NCBI GenBank assembly: GCA_048884965.1
Contig: JBHLQH010000024.1
Span: 1 to 47,633 of the forward strand
From: Candidatus Thorarchaeota archaeon
Lineage (GTDB): Archaea; Asgardarchaeota; Thorarchaeia; Thorarchaeales; Thorarchaeaceae
DNA length: 47,633 nt
Reading direction: 5' to 3'
In this document: piece by piece, positions 1-9,837 of the stretch
Numbering within the stretch: position 1 is the first letter of the stretch
How the letters are laid out: every line of letters begins with the position of its first letter
The notes under the pieces: generated by a model
The model's database searches: none
Told to the model about the DNA's origin: nothing
The model's input: only the letters and a program-made list of their open reading frames with translations
Translations under genes and position numbers: made by a program

Positions 1-1
1 T

Positions 2-2245
2 GACTATAATATGCGAGAGACCTCACTCACTATCGTAACGACAAAGGACTCTATCAACGATAATTTCGAAGAAGTAGGCTTTAGTAGATATCAAGGTATC
101 TCTGAACGATATTGGATCACTATCGATTCAACTCAAATCTTGGATAACAACGTTGACACTGTCTATGACTCTTTGGACAATCTAAGAAGACAATTTGAGC
201 AAGAAGCATTACCTTATGCGATTGTATCCTCCTTTGGTCTTAGAGAGGCGGTCCAGCAATATCAAGCTTGGGCATTGTCAATGACAACCCTGTCTCTAGC
301 ATTCTCCATTCCGACAGTGATTATGGGGATACTGCTCATATATTATAATACGAATCTGATGAGTGATGAAACCAGAAGGGATATCGGTACTATAAAGACA
401 CGAGGAGCTTCAGGGTGGCAAGCTTTCAATTGGATCATAAGTAGCGCAGTCTTTACAGGTCTAATAGGAAGCGTCGGTGCTATCGCATTAGGAACAGTTT
501 CTGCGATACTCTCATCCACTGTAAAAGTATTCTTCATCTTTGACTTATCACAGCTGGCGAATCTAGCTCTTATCGTAAGTCCAAATGCACTGATTGCTGT
601 TTTCGCATTCTCATTCGGAGTTGGGCTTATAGTAGCGTTCCCAATAGCAATCAAATCGTTCCTGATGACTGCTACGGAAGCTCACTCGATGTTAGAACGA
701 GACGTACTACTATCTAGAGAGAATCTTGGCAGTCCATTAGCAGAATTGATTATCCTAGGAATATCAGGCTATATCCTGATTCCAATTCTCTCTTTGATGT
801 CAATGATGAGCTATTATGGGATGTTCCAGATCTTCTTCCTGATTCTACTAATTCCGATGATGGGCCTGTTTGTGATTTCATTCTCAAGATTGCTCGCTCG
901 ACCAGTAGCAAGTACAAAGGCATCAATCATTCGTAGAATAGGAAAGAGAACAGCAAAGGTCGGTACAAAGGTGATGTCAAGAACATTGCTATCATACAAG
1001 AAAAGTGAAGCAATGGGTGTTGTATTCATCGCGATGGTCTTTGTGGTTGGAGTGTTGTCTGGTATTTCAGCAAGTACTGCAATGACGCATACTGATTCTG
1101 TTTTTAAATTCCATACAGGCTCGGATATTGCGATTACCGTCAAGGGAGGTCTGGAGAACGTCACTTTGGATCTCGTAGAGAACATCACCATGGTAGATGG
1201 TGTTGCTTCTGTTTGTCCAATTCTCAAGGTTGATCAATATGTGGCATACTGGTCGTATGATTGGAATAGAAGGACATTCTATAACCAGACTATGACAATC
1301 TACGGAGTAGATCCTACTGCCTGGTTGGAATCAGCATTCTGGCTACCATACTTCACACTAGCTTCAGCTCCCAATGTGGCAGTTTCAAGAATGCTAGAGA
1401 ACGAATCCTTCGTCATCTCCTCATTCAGACCAATTGATCACTATGTAGGAGAAACCTTCAACCAAAGACCCGTTTATGGAGAGGATATCTCGCTCTGTCT
1501 CAGAACCCCTGAATGGATCAATATCACAGATATGAAGATAGTAGATGTCTTGGGAGCGAGTGAGGAAGTCTATTCTAGAAAATACCTACAAGGCGAACCA
1601 GATTTGAATGAGTTTGTTGTTGTGAATCTGGATTTCCTCCAGAGGTATCTCAATACATCGGTTGTGAATAAATTCCTAGTTAAAATCGACCCAGGTGCTA
1701 ACTACACAGTAGTCATGAGAAACCTCTATGATATCGCACCGAATAGCTTCGAAACGATTGAATCAGCATACACAGGGATTGATGAAGTTCAGAATTCAAG
1801 GGCAGGTCAGGTAATATACGGTGTCTATACACTTAATGTCCTGTTCACGATATTCTATCTTTCAATTGGAATGGTAATCGTTGCATCAGTAAGAATACAC
1901 TCTTTACGAAAGCAATTCTCAGTCTTGAGGGCTTTAGGAACTGATGCAAGGGAAATAACACGATCTGTCCTGATTGATACAGCACTTAGTGTGTTAATCG
2001 CCCTCGGGATAGGTTCATTGATAGGATTGATACTGGCCGCATTCTCGATCAATATGCCACTGATTTATTATGGAACAACAACATTGCAAATGTGGCAGCG
2101 TCTTCCTGTCTTTCTGAGTATACCTTGGGTGACGCTTGGTGTAATCATTTCTGTTAGCTTTGCGTTTGCATTGCTAGCATCATATCTAGTCACAAAATCA
2201 ACTCTGAAGAAGAACATTGCAGAGGAGATACAATACACGGAGTGA
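2..2245 (+). CDS. FtsX/MacB-type ABC transporter permease (5'-truncated by window edge)
   Basis: Frame is open upstream of the ATG at 11. Two TM bundles with FtsX motifs RRDIGTIKTRGAS and RKQFSVLRALG flank a large extracytoplasmic domain. Directly upstream of an ABC ATPase. Confidence 0.85.
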   Translation, partial: DYNMRETSLTIVTTKDSINDNFEEVGFSRYQGISERYWITIDSTQILDNNVDTVYDSLDNLRRQFEQEALPYAIVSSFGLREAVQQYQAWALSMTTLSLAFSIPTVIMGILLIYYNTNLMSDETRRDIGTIKTRGASGWQAFNWIISSAVFTGLIGSVGAIALGTVSAILSSTVKVFFIFDLSQLANLALIVSPNALIAVFAFSFGVGLIVAFPIAIKSFLMTATEAHSMLERDVLLSRENLGSPLAELIILGISGYILIPILSLMSMMSYYGMFQIFFLILLIPMMGLFVISFSRLLARPVASTKASIIRRIGKRTAKVGTKVMSRTLLSYKKSEAMGVVFIAMVFVVGVLSGISASTAMTHTDSVFKFHTGSDIAITVKGGLENVTLDLVENITMVDGVASVCPILKVDQYVAYWSYDWNRRTFYNQTMTIYGVDPTAWLESAFWLPYFTLASAPNVAVSRMLENESFVISSFRPIDHYVGETFNQRPVYGEDISLCLRTPEWINITDMKIVDVLGASEEVYSRKYLQGEPDLNEFVVVNLDFLQRYLNTSVVNKFLVKIDPGANYTVVMRNLYDIAPNSFETIESAYTGIDEVQNSRAGQVIYGVYTLNVLFTIFYLSIGMVIVASVRIHSLRKQFSVLRALGTDAREITRSVLIDTALSVLIALGIGSLIGLILAAFSINMPLIYYGTTTLQMWQRLPVFLSIPWVTLGVIISVSFAFALLASYLVTKSTLKKNIAEEIQYTE

Positions 2246-2254
2246 TAGGCAAAC

Positions 2255-3130
2255 ATGTCAGAAAACTTAGAGGAACTTGCACTCGAAAACAAGATAGTCG
2301 TAAGAGACCTCATGAAAGTCTACAAGAGGGGAATGAAGGAAGTCATAGCTCTTCGAGGTCTTGACTTTGAAGTTGGAACAGGAGAGTTCCTTTCAATCGT
2401 TGGACCCTCTGGCTCTGGAAAGTCAACTTTACTGAAAATGCTAGGGGCTCTAGATAAACCAACGGCAGGTTCGATTCTCTATGACGGACACAGTGTGACT
2501 CTTCTTGATGACAGACGGTCAATGCTATACAGGCGACAAAAAGTAGGCTTTGTATGGCAAACGGGAAATCTCGTTCCGGGGCTGAATGCTTTGAACAATG
2601 TCATGTTACCGATGCGGCTTGCTGGTGCCCCAAAGGCACCATCAACTGAGAGAGCGAAGATGCTTCTTGAAACAGTAGGCCTTCAACATAGAATAGGTCA
2701 CAAGCCACATCAGCTCTCGGGCGGGGAGAACCAACGTGTAGCAATCTGTGTGGCTCTAGCTAACAAACCTGAACTTCTCTTGGCGGATGAAGTAACTGGT
2801 GAGCTTGATACAGAAACTGCTGAGAACGTAATGAATACCCTGAAGACTATGAATGAGGATTTCCAGACGACAATCGTCAATGTCACTCACTCTCCTAGAG
2901 TTGCATCATATGCAGATCGAGTGTTAAGAATCCGGGATGGACTAATTGAGGGACAAAAGCACACAATCTTTGGAGATATCACAGAAATCGATGCAAAAGG
3001 ACGGATGGTCATTCCTGAAACTGTGCGTCGATTAGCAGGGATTGGAAAACGTGTTGTACTTAAAGTCACAAATGAAGGTCTTCTCATTACACCTCTTGAG
3101 ATGGAGGAAAACAATCACGAGAATCAATAG
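2255..3130 (+). CDS. ABC transporter ATP-binding protein, LolD/MacB family, with C-terminal AbrB/MraZ-like extension
   Basis: Walker A GPSGSGKST, signature LSGGENQR, Walker B LLLADE, H-loop VTH. C-terminal segment IDAKGRMVIPETVRR resembles AbrB/MraZ. Confidence 0.92.
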   Translation: MSENLEELALENKIVVRDLMKVYKRGMKEVIALRGLDFEVGTGEFLSIVGPSGSGKSTLLKMLGALDKPTAGSILYDGHSVTLLDDRRSMLYRRQKVGFVWQTGNLVPGLNALNNVMLPMRLAGAPKAPSTERAKMLLETVGLQHRIGHKPHQLSGGENQRVAICVALANKPELLLADEVTGELDTETAENVMNTLKTMNEDFQTTIVNVTHSPRVASYADRVLRIRDGLIEGQKHTIFGDITEIDAKGRMVIPETVRRLAGIGKRVVLKVTNEGLLITPLEMEENNHENQ

Positions 3131-3267
3131 TTGCATCCATCCACCACTCAAAGTAGAAGGTATTTATGAGTGGTGAATCCTTCGTTATCTGAAAGGATTC
3201 TGTGGAATTTGAGTATTAGTTACCAAGATTGTCATGAGAGGAAGAAAAGAAAGGAGTAACAAGAACC

Positions 3268-6027
3268 TTGGCACTTCTCGGATATTCGGATGGTCAAAAG
3301 AGGCAACGGAGATTGATCACTCTCTTCTGCTTCATGATCACAAGCTCGATATTCATGAGCACCTTGGTTTTTGTTGATTCATATTCACTGTACAGATGGA
3401 ATGAAGATGTCAATGTAGGACCCGCTGCTATAATTGTTAGCGGCCAAGGATACATGGAAAATCAAGTAGCAAAGATAGCTAATGTTGAGGGTATCACAAA
3501 AGCGGCTCGGTTGAATGGAGCTTTCTTCAACATAGAATCGATGTACAAGCATTTGAAATGGAGCCAAGGACTCGAAGCAGTGGTGTACAACGAGGCATTT
3601 CAAGCAGCGTTCCCCAGTATATTCAGCTTCATCGAAGGAAGAGCACCTGAAAATGAAAATGAGGTCGCTGTGTCGATGTTAGCAGTGAATCTTCTCTATC
3701 TTGAATTGAATTCTCCAGTAAACTATTCGATCGATTTTACAGAATCATCAACAAACGCAATCGTAGTGGGAATCTATGATCATGGGAGTCTCAATACATC
3801 GCAGACATGGATGTATAGACGAGGTGATTTCATGATTCACTCCTCGTTTTATACTACTTACACCTTCGATTTAGTCTATGCGGATATTGACAGATCAAGA
3901 ATAACGCCAACAAATCCAAAAGGTGCATTGATGTTCTTGAATGAGGTCGAAGTAGCAATCTATGATATTGACCCCAGTTACAAGTTCACAGGTAGGTCTC
4001 GCTACACAGTATTCAATTCACTCGTGATGGGTATTGAGGACTATGACGAATATCTAGGGAATCTGAGATTCACTCAACTATATCGAACGGGTGGCCTTTT
4101 GTTACTAGGGTTTTCCACTATATATCTTGCAATAAATTATGTGCTCAAGCAAAGAGCCTTCGAAACGAATATGCTTATTGCCCGTGGAGCTTCTATTAGA
4201 AGAACTCGATTTATGGTTAGCATCGAGCTAGTCATTTCATCAATTCTTGCCGCACCAGTTGGGATACTATTCGGCATTATAATGAGTCGGGTAGCGATGT
4301 CAGCAACAGGATACCTCCAATTCGATTTCTCACGAATCCTGACCCAACCTATCCTAATCAGCATAGAAACAATCCTCTATTCTATCCTAATTGGAATAGG
4401 TGCTCCACTCATACTGCTGATTTCCCAAGAAACTGAAAGATCAAGATACTCCACTTCAGAAGCAAAACCAAGCAAGTTTGCACGAATAGTTGAAAGTTTG
4501 AATTTCATCAGCAGCGATGCAGTCTTGCTGGCATTCAGCGTCTTACTACTAGCTGCACTCAATTCGGGAGGCACCATTGTTGCTGCGAATCCAGTCTTCT
4601 CAGCGATGATTGTGTTGTTGCCTTTTGCACTGTTCTTCTCACTTACAAGTATACTACTCAAAGCACTCCGGAGAGGTACACTCTATGTATCCAGAGCCTT
4701 CAGCAAAATCTTTGGAAAGATTCCTTCTGCAGTAGGAATAAGAAAGATCGAGAAGCAATCATCCACATCACTCTTGTTGGTAATCGTTCTTGTTCTAGCA
4801 ATGAGTCTGAGTTGGAACTATGCAATCAATTCCGCAACCTTGCCCACAACTAGATTGAACCAAACCAGATTCGCAGTTGGTGGAGACATCGCATTTCATC
4901 TAGATTCTGACGCAACAGAAATGTGGGATGACTTTATTGGAAATGCAAGTTTCTTAGAGGCATCATCTGTTGGTTCACTTGTAACCGAATTTCCACTATC
5001 TCTATCATCTGGAACAGAGGGACTCTATGACTTCGTTTGTATTCAGCCAGAAGAATATCTCAAAGTAGGATACGATTCACAAGGTTCAGAACTAAACTCA
5101 TCTGTGATTTCGGATTATCTCATTCAACTTCAAATGACAGAAGACGGAGCGATCATAACTCAAGATATTGCTGAGAGTTATGGACTAACAGCAGGAAGTG
5201 TCCTCAGAGCATTCTGGCAGAATCGTTCTGAAACTGAAACTATCGAATTCAGCATCATAGGAGTTGTTGATGCGATCCCGGACTCCCTGACCTTCTCGCA
5301 AGGCTATAATCCGTATCCAGGACTTAGTTGGACATATCAAGTTGGAGCAAGTAGAATCTGGGTGAATCAGAATTTCATGGAAGCAATCATAGATTCGATT
5401 CCAGACATCAATTACGTCTATTGCATGAGAATGCCCAAAGGAACAAACACTTCACTATTTGTTTCGCAACTCCTTGAAATTGAAGCAAGTGAAGCTATTC
5501 TCAACGATGAATGGGTTTCTGCAGAACTCGAGGTGGAAAAGTACCTTTCTCAGGAAAGTTACGAGTTAGATCGTGCCTCTGATTCACTATTTACAATACT
5601 TAGCATAACTACAATATTTGGAACCTTTACAGTTTACTCCTTTGAAGGCATTAGATCCAGAAGAAGAGAGATCGCACTCCTTAGATCTCTGGGTGCTGAT
5701 ACATCACTGGTCCTGAAAACTCAAGTCAGTGAGATGACAGTCTTGACACTGATGAGTATCCTGTTGCTGCTAATCTTTTCCCCTATTTTAGCAGTCAACA
5801 CACTTATCTCCGCTGTGAGAACCTATGGAGGTGTATCTTACATCTTCCCCTCAGTACTCTCGGTGGTGTTTCCTTGGCCCCTGCTCTTCTCCATACTGTC
5901 CTTCTTTATAGGATGTGTAGTCATATTCATTTTCTTCATAGCTTTTCTTGGAGCTAAGATTAGTTTGAGTGAGACTCTGAACTATACGTGGACAGAGGCA
6001 GGACCATACACAGAGGAGGTGTACTAA
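3268..6027 (+). CDS. FtsX/MacB-type ABC transporter permease
   Basis: 919 aa. FtsX motifs ETNMLIARGAS and RRREIALLRSLGA, two extracytoplasmic domains. TTG start preceded by AGGAG. Confidence 0.85.
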   Translation: MALLGYSDGQKRQRRLITLFCFMITSSIFMSTLVFVDSYSLYRWNEDVNVGPAAIIVSGQGYMENQVAKIANVEGITKAARLNGAFFNIESMYKHLKWSQGLEAVVYNEAFQAAFPSIFSFIEGRAPENENEVAVSMLAVNLLYLELNSPVNYSIDFTESSTNAIVVGIYDHGSLNTSQTWMYRRGDFMIHSSFYTTYTFDLVYADIDRSRITPTNPKGALMFLNEVEVAIYDIDPSYKFTGRSRYTVFNSLVMGIEDYDEYLGNLRFTQLYRTGGLLLLGFSTIYLAINYVLKQRAFETNMLIARGASIRRTRFMVSIELVISSILAAPVGILFGIIMSRVAMSATGYLQFDFSRILTQPILISIETILYSILIGIGAPLILLISQETERSRYSTSEAKPSKFARIVESLNFISSDAVLLAFSVLLLAALNSGGTIVAANPVFSAMIVLLPFALFFSLTSILLKALRRGTLYVSRAFSKIFGKIPSAVGIRKIEKQSSTSLLLVIVLVLAMSLSWNYAINSATLPTTRLNQTRFAVGGDIAFHLDSDATEMWDDFIGNASFLEASSVGSLVTEFPLSLSSGTEGLYDFVCIQPEEYLKVGYDSQGSELNSSVISDYLIQLQMTEDGAIITQDIAESYGLTAGSVLRAFWQNRSETETIEFSIIGVVDAIPDSLTFSQGYNPYPGLSWTYQVGASRIWVNQNFMEAIIDSIPDINYVYCMRMPKGTNTSLFVSQLLEIEASEAILNDEWVSAELEVEKYLSQESYELDRASDSLFTILSITTIFGTFTVYSFEGIRSRRREIALLRSLGADTSLVLKTQVSEMTVLTLMSILLLLIFSPILAVNTLISAVRTYGGVSYIFPSVLSVVFPWPLLFSILSFFIGCVVIFIFFIAFLGAKISLSETLNYTWTEAGPYTEEVY

Positions 6028-8846
6028 TGTTTCTGATGTCACGGCTTACATCTAAAACACCGCAGTTATTGGTAACGCTCCTAGTATTCTCACTTTCATC
6101 AGGAGTCCTTGGAGGCTTACTTTTCTATATGGACTCGACGAGCTCAGAGGTCTTAGAGGAGATGACTGAGTACTTGCCTGTGGATATGGAAATCAAGTGC
6201 ACACAGACATTCTATGAAAGCACAGCCATAACATTAGACACTATTCTAGATGTGGTAAAGGAGCAATCAATAGTTGAAACAGCAGAAGCAGTCATAGCCA
6301 TAGAAGGGTTCGATAGGCTACTTCCAGAGGGGCAATTCCGAAGCTACGTGTATCTTGGAGTGGACGATTCTTTCTTCACTTCGTTTGGCGATTCCATCGA
6401 GCTCCTGCCAGAAGCTCTACCACTCTCTCAGAATTCATGCTATATTGAATCAGCTCTATTTGAATTCTATAATCTTGAGATAGGAAGTACATACACTGCT
6501 AATGTATTCTATCGCGATGCAAACTATCAGACACATCGTGATAACCGCACTTTCATCATCGCAGGGCAATTCAAATCTTCATTCTTCACAACTGACTCTG
6601 AATCAGAAGCAGACCCGTCGTCATCGCTCCGACTCATCACCACAAAAGATGGAATGCAAGATCATTTTGGTTTTGTTGGTCAATCTAGTACAGATGGCAT
6701 TTTTGATAGAATCTGGATGAAGTTTGATTCGGATTTTATACTTGAAAATAATCCAAATGTCGTTGAATCCGCGTTGGATGACATAAAGAAGAAAATTGAG
6801 CAAAGAATCCTTCCATTCGCATCTGTAACTGAATTCGAGATTCTCGGAGTCGTTTATGGTTACAATTCATGGGCATCAACAATGACCGTAATCGCTCTAG
6901 CATTTTCTATACCGACCCTTGTCATGGGCATGATGCTCGTCGTAAATAACTCTCAACTCAATGAAGATGATAGGCGTAGAGATTTGGGCACCTTGACCAC
7001 ACGTGGTTCATCAGGGTGGCAATCGTTCAATTGGGTTCTTAGCAATGCATTGGTCACGGGAATCGTTGGTAGTTTTGGTGCAGTGCTCACAGGGGCACTT
7101 TCTGCGATATATTCAGGAGGCGTGAAGGAGTTTCTTCAATTTGACAATGCTAACTCATTGAACTTCAGCCTACTCTTGGAACCAACATCAATAGCGGTCG
7201 TTTTCCTATTCTCTTTCACATTGGGATTCATAGTCGCACTTCCTAGTGCCATTAAGGCTCTCCTTATGACTCCAGAAGAAGCGCACCTGATTATTGAGAG
7301 AAGTGCACTTCAGGGAATTGAGAAATTCTCCAATCCACTATGGGAAATCCTTGCAGTCGCAGTTTCAGGATATCTCATCTTCCCGTTGCTATCCATGGTC
7401 CTCTATGGGAATTTTCCGCCAACGACATTTCTCCTCTTTGCTATCGTGATAATCTCCATGTTTGGAGTCTTCATATCATCTTTCACACGGATTCTTTCAC
7501 GACCCACATATATTTTGAAATCAAGGATATTGGGTGTCGTCCGCAAACCATCACTTCGAGCCATCTCGGTAATGATATCAAGATATGTAAGATTGGTAAA
7601 GAATAGCGAGTCACTTGCTGTGATGTTCATTGCATTGATGTTCACATCGGCGCTATTCTCAAGTATTTCAGCAGTCACAGGTGCAACCCATATGCGGGAG
7701 TTGTACCTTTTCGACACAGGCGCAGATGTTGTGATTGATGCAATTGATAACTATGAGAATGTAACATTGGATCTTATCCAGAACTTCACAGCGATTGATG
7801 GGGTTCTAAATGCTAGCGGTATGCTAAGTACTGCAGCACATGTTTCATATCTTCAGATAGTTCAAGGGGAAGTCCTGCGTAGAAGCATTCCTCTCTCCAT
7901 CTATGCGGTTCAGCCAAACGAATGGGCGGTCTCGGCATATCTACGATCCTATTTTGCAATGTCTCAAGAGCCGAAAGAAAGCCTATCTTTGCTTGCGGAG
8001 AATGAAACGAATGTAATTTCAACGTTTATGCCGTATCTATACATCACTGGAAATACGCCTCTCTACCATCCAAATTTAACAATTAATTTTGTAGGACCTC
8101 CAACAAATGTGACCTTCTTTGGTAACTTCAGCTACAACTATACGATTGTTGATTCCTTCTCTAGCAGCTATTCACTGAATTCTGTGAACTATATGCCCGG
8201 TGAAGCGCAATCCATTGATTTCATTATAATGAACTTGACCCGTGTTCATGCCCTATTGAATACATCACGAATTAGTAGATTCTACTTAGACATTGATGAT
8301 ACAAAGAATGTTACACAGATAGTTGAAGAACTACGTGCTATTGCTCCATCGAGTCTTCAAGTGATATCGACTCAAGAACGGATTGACAATCTATTAACTT
8401 CAAGAACTAGTCAATCGATAAATGGAGTATACAGTCTGAATGTGATCTTTGCACTGACCTACTTGGTGATAGGAATTACCATCATCAGTGTTGTGAGAAC
8501 ACATCGACTTCAAAAATACTACTCCATTCTTCGGGCGTTTGGTTCACACACAAGATCAGTCCTCTCTTCAATCGTGCTGGACTCGTTCCTTAGTGTGTCA
8601 GTAGGTTGCTTGATTGGATTATTCCTAGGACTGTATCTATCCAATCTAATTTTGCAACTGCCGCTTGTATTTCTGGGGCTATCTGGAGATATTACTTGGA
8701 CAAGGTTGCCAATTGAGCTGATTCTTCCATCATTCCTCATAGGAACTATACTATTCATCGGGTATGCTTCGGCAATCCTCTCAGTCATAGTTACGACAAG
8801 AAGAGCACTATCTGGAAACATTGCTGACGATTTCCGACATGAATAG
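6027..8846 (+). CDS. FtsX/MacB-type ABC transporter permease, paralog of the first permease
   Basis: Start reassigned to ATG 6027, which overlaps the upstream TAA (TAATG) and follows a GGAGGTG SD. Motifs RRRDLGTLTTRGSSGWQ and YSILRAFG closely parallel the gene at 2..2245. Confidence 0.85.
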   Translation: MFLMSRLTSKTPQLLVTLLVFSLSSGVLGGLLFYMDSTSSEVLEEMTEYLPVDMEIKCTQTFYESTAITLDTILDVVKEQSIVETAEAVIAIEGFDRLLPEGQFRSYVYLGVDDSFFTSFGDSIELLPEALPLSQNSCYIESALFEFYNLEIGSTYTANVFYRDANYQTHRDNRTFIIAGQFKSSFFTTDSESEADPSSSLRLITTKDGMQDHFGFVGQSSTDGIFDRIWMKFDSDFILENNPNVVESALDDIKKKIEQRILPFASVTEFEILGVVYGYNSWASTMTVIALAFSIPTLVMGMMLVVNNSQLNEDDRRRDLGTLTTRGSSGWQSFNWVLSNALVTGIVGSFGAVLTGALSAIYSGGVKEFLQFDNANSLNFSLLLEPTSIAVVFLFSFTLGFIVALPSAIKALLMTPEEAHLIIERSALQGIEKFSNPLWEILAVAVSGYLIFPLLSMVLYGNFPPTTFLLFAIVIISMFGVFISSFTRILSRPTYILKSRILGVVRKPSLRAISVMISRYVRLVKNSESLAVMFIALMFTSALFSSISAVTGATHMRELYLFDTGADVVIDAIDNYENVTLDLIQNFTAIDGVLNASGMLSTAAHVSYLQIVQGEVLRRSIPLSIYAVQPNEWAVSAYLRSYFAMSQEPKESLSLLAENETNVISTFMPYLYITGNTPLYHPNLTINFVGPPTNVTFFGNFSYNYTIVDSFSSSYSLNSVNYMPGEAQSIDFIIMNLTRVHALLNTSRISRFYLDIDDTKNVTQIVEELRAIAPSSLQVISTQERIDNLLTSRTSQSINGVYSLNVIFALTYLVIGITIISVVRTHRLQKYYSILRAFGSHTRSVLSSIVLDSFLSVSVGCLIGLFLGLYLSNLILQLPLVFLGLSGDITWTRLPIELILPSFLIGTILFIGYASAILSVIVTTRRALSGNIADDFRHE

Positions 8847-8860
8847 TCCAGAATGCTATA

Positions 8861-9394
8861 CTATCCGAGGTCAAGTGTAGCTAGATATTTTGCGAAGGCC
8901 CCATCAATCATCGATACAACAATAGCATAACAAACGAAAAACACTATCTGCTCGAGCATCATTCCGGAAACCCAGAGAACATAGAAGGGGAACAAAGGAA
9001 GATGCACGACATAAAGAATTACTAGGAGAATCACTCCGAGGCCGAGCTGACGATCCAATCTTCTATTCTGCTTCTCATGCCAAATCCGCACCGTAAGGAT
9101 CCTATTCAGCATCCCGTAGATAAACGCCAAACCAATCAGTCCAAAGAATATCAGCACAATAAGAACCACTGATGCTGCAAAGGGACTAGTGATGAGGTCA
9201 GGTGCGTCAAAGACTGAGATGACTACTAGGTTCATCAATGATGACAAGGTACTTAGAATCAACTGAGTACCTAGAACTAGTACAGTGGTCATGATAACAA
9301 ATGGCAATCCGTGGATGAGATACAGACGAGATTGTCCCTTAGGACCGCTCGTTTTTGCATCGAAATCTCCAGCCTTGATACTTTTCTCCGCCAT
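8861..9394 (-). CDS. Hypothetical integral membrane protein (about 4 TM)
   Basis: 177 aa ORF with four hydrophobic stretches, filling the gap between neighbours. Confidence 0.65.
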   Translation of the reverse strand: MAEKSIKAGDFDAKTSGPKGQSRLYLIHGLPFVIMTTVLVLGTQLILSTLSSLMNLVVISVFDAPDLITSPFAASVVLIVLIFFGLIGLAFIYGMLNRILTVRIWHEKQNRRLDRQLGLGVILLVILYVVHLPLFPFYVLWVSGMMLEQIVFFVCYAIVVSMIDGAFAKYLATLDLG

Positions 9395-9484
9395 TCTAAC
9401 CCGCTAAATGCATTTTCTATGTTGGATTTAAGCTATTCTACATAAGGTCTATATTGGATGACTCTTTTTTGTGGTTGGAAAAAA

Positions 9485-9721
9485 ATGAGCTACTTAGAAT
9501 TGCCGTGGTCTTATTCTGCTGCTATCATTACATTTGGAATATTCTTCTTTTCCTTGAATGTGTATATCTTTACCTTGATTATGAGTCACCCGTTCGCAAG
9601 TCCTTTGTGGATAGTTCTTGCAGGGGTTGGTTTGATTGGATTTGCTTTTTCCCTTAGAATGGCTAGGATACATCAGGAAGAACTAGTCCTTAAGAAGCAG
9701 GAGGAGCAAGGTCTAAGCTAA
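9485..9721 (+). CDS. Small hypothetical membrane protein (2 TM plus charged tail)
   Basis: ORF 9458..9721, more likely starting at ATG 9485 (MSYLELPW). Two hydrophobic helices followed by RIHQEEL...KKQEEQ. Confidence 0.6.
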   Translation: MSYLELPWSYSAAIITFGIFFFSLNVYIFTLIMSHPFASPLWIVLAGVGLIGFAFSLRMARIHQEELVLKKQEEQGLS

Positions 9722-9800
9722 TTCAGTCAATCCAATATCAAGAATGCCCTCTACTAACAATGAAAATAAATTGATGCGCTTCCATAGCACAATAAAGTGA

Positions 9801-9830
9801 GAAACGCGAAGAGCTAACTCACCGCGTTTC
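9801..9830 (-). terminator. Hairpin downstream of asnS, putative terminator
   Basis: GAAACGCG (9801-9808) pairs with CGCGTTTC (9823-9830), with an inner GAG/CTC stem. Lies 7 nt beyond the asnS stop. Confidence 0.4.
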
Positions 9831-9837
9831 ATAAAGC

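Noticed and set aside
5988-6026. GTG-initiated N-terminal extension of the third permease
   Set aside because: The SD and TAATG overlap support ATG 6027.
9801-9830. Plus-strand hairpin with a GAA/A internal loop resembling an archaeal SECIS
   Set aside because: The upstream plus-strand gene has no in-frame TGA and ends in TAA. The position fits an asnS 3' hairpin better.
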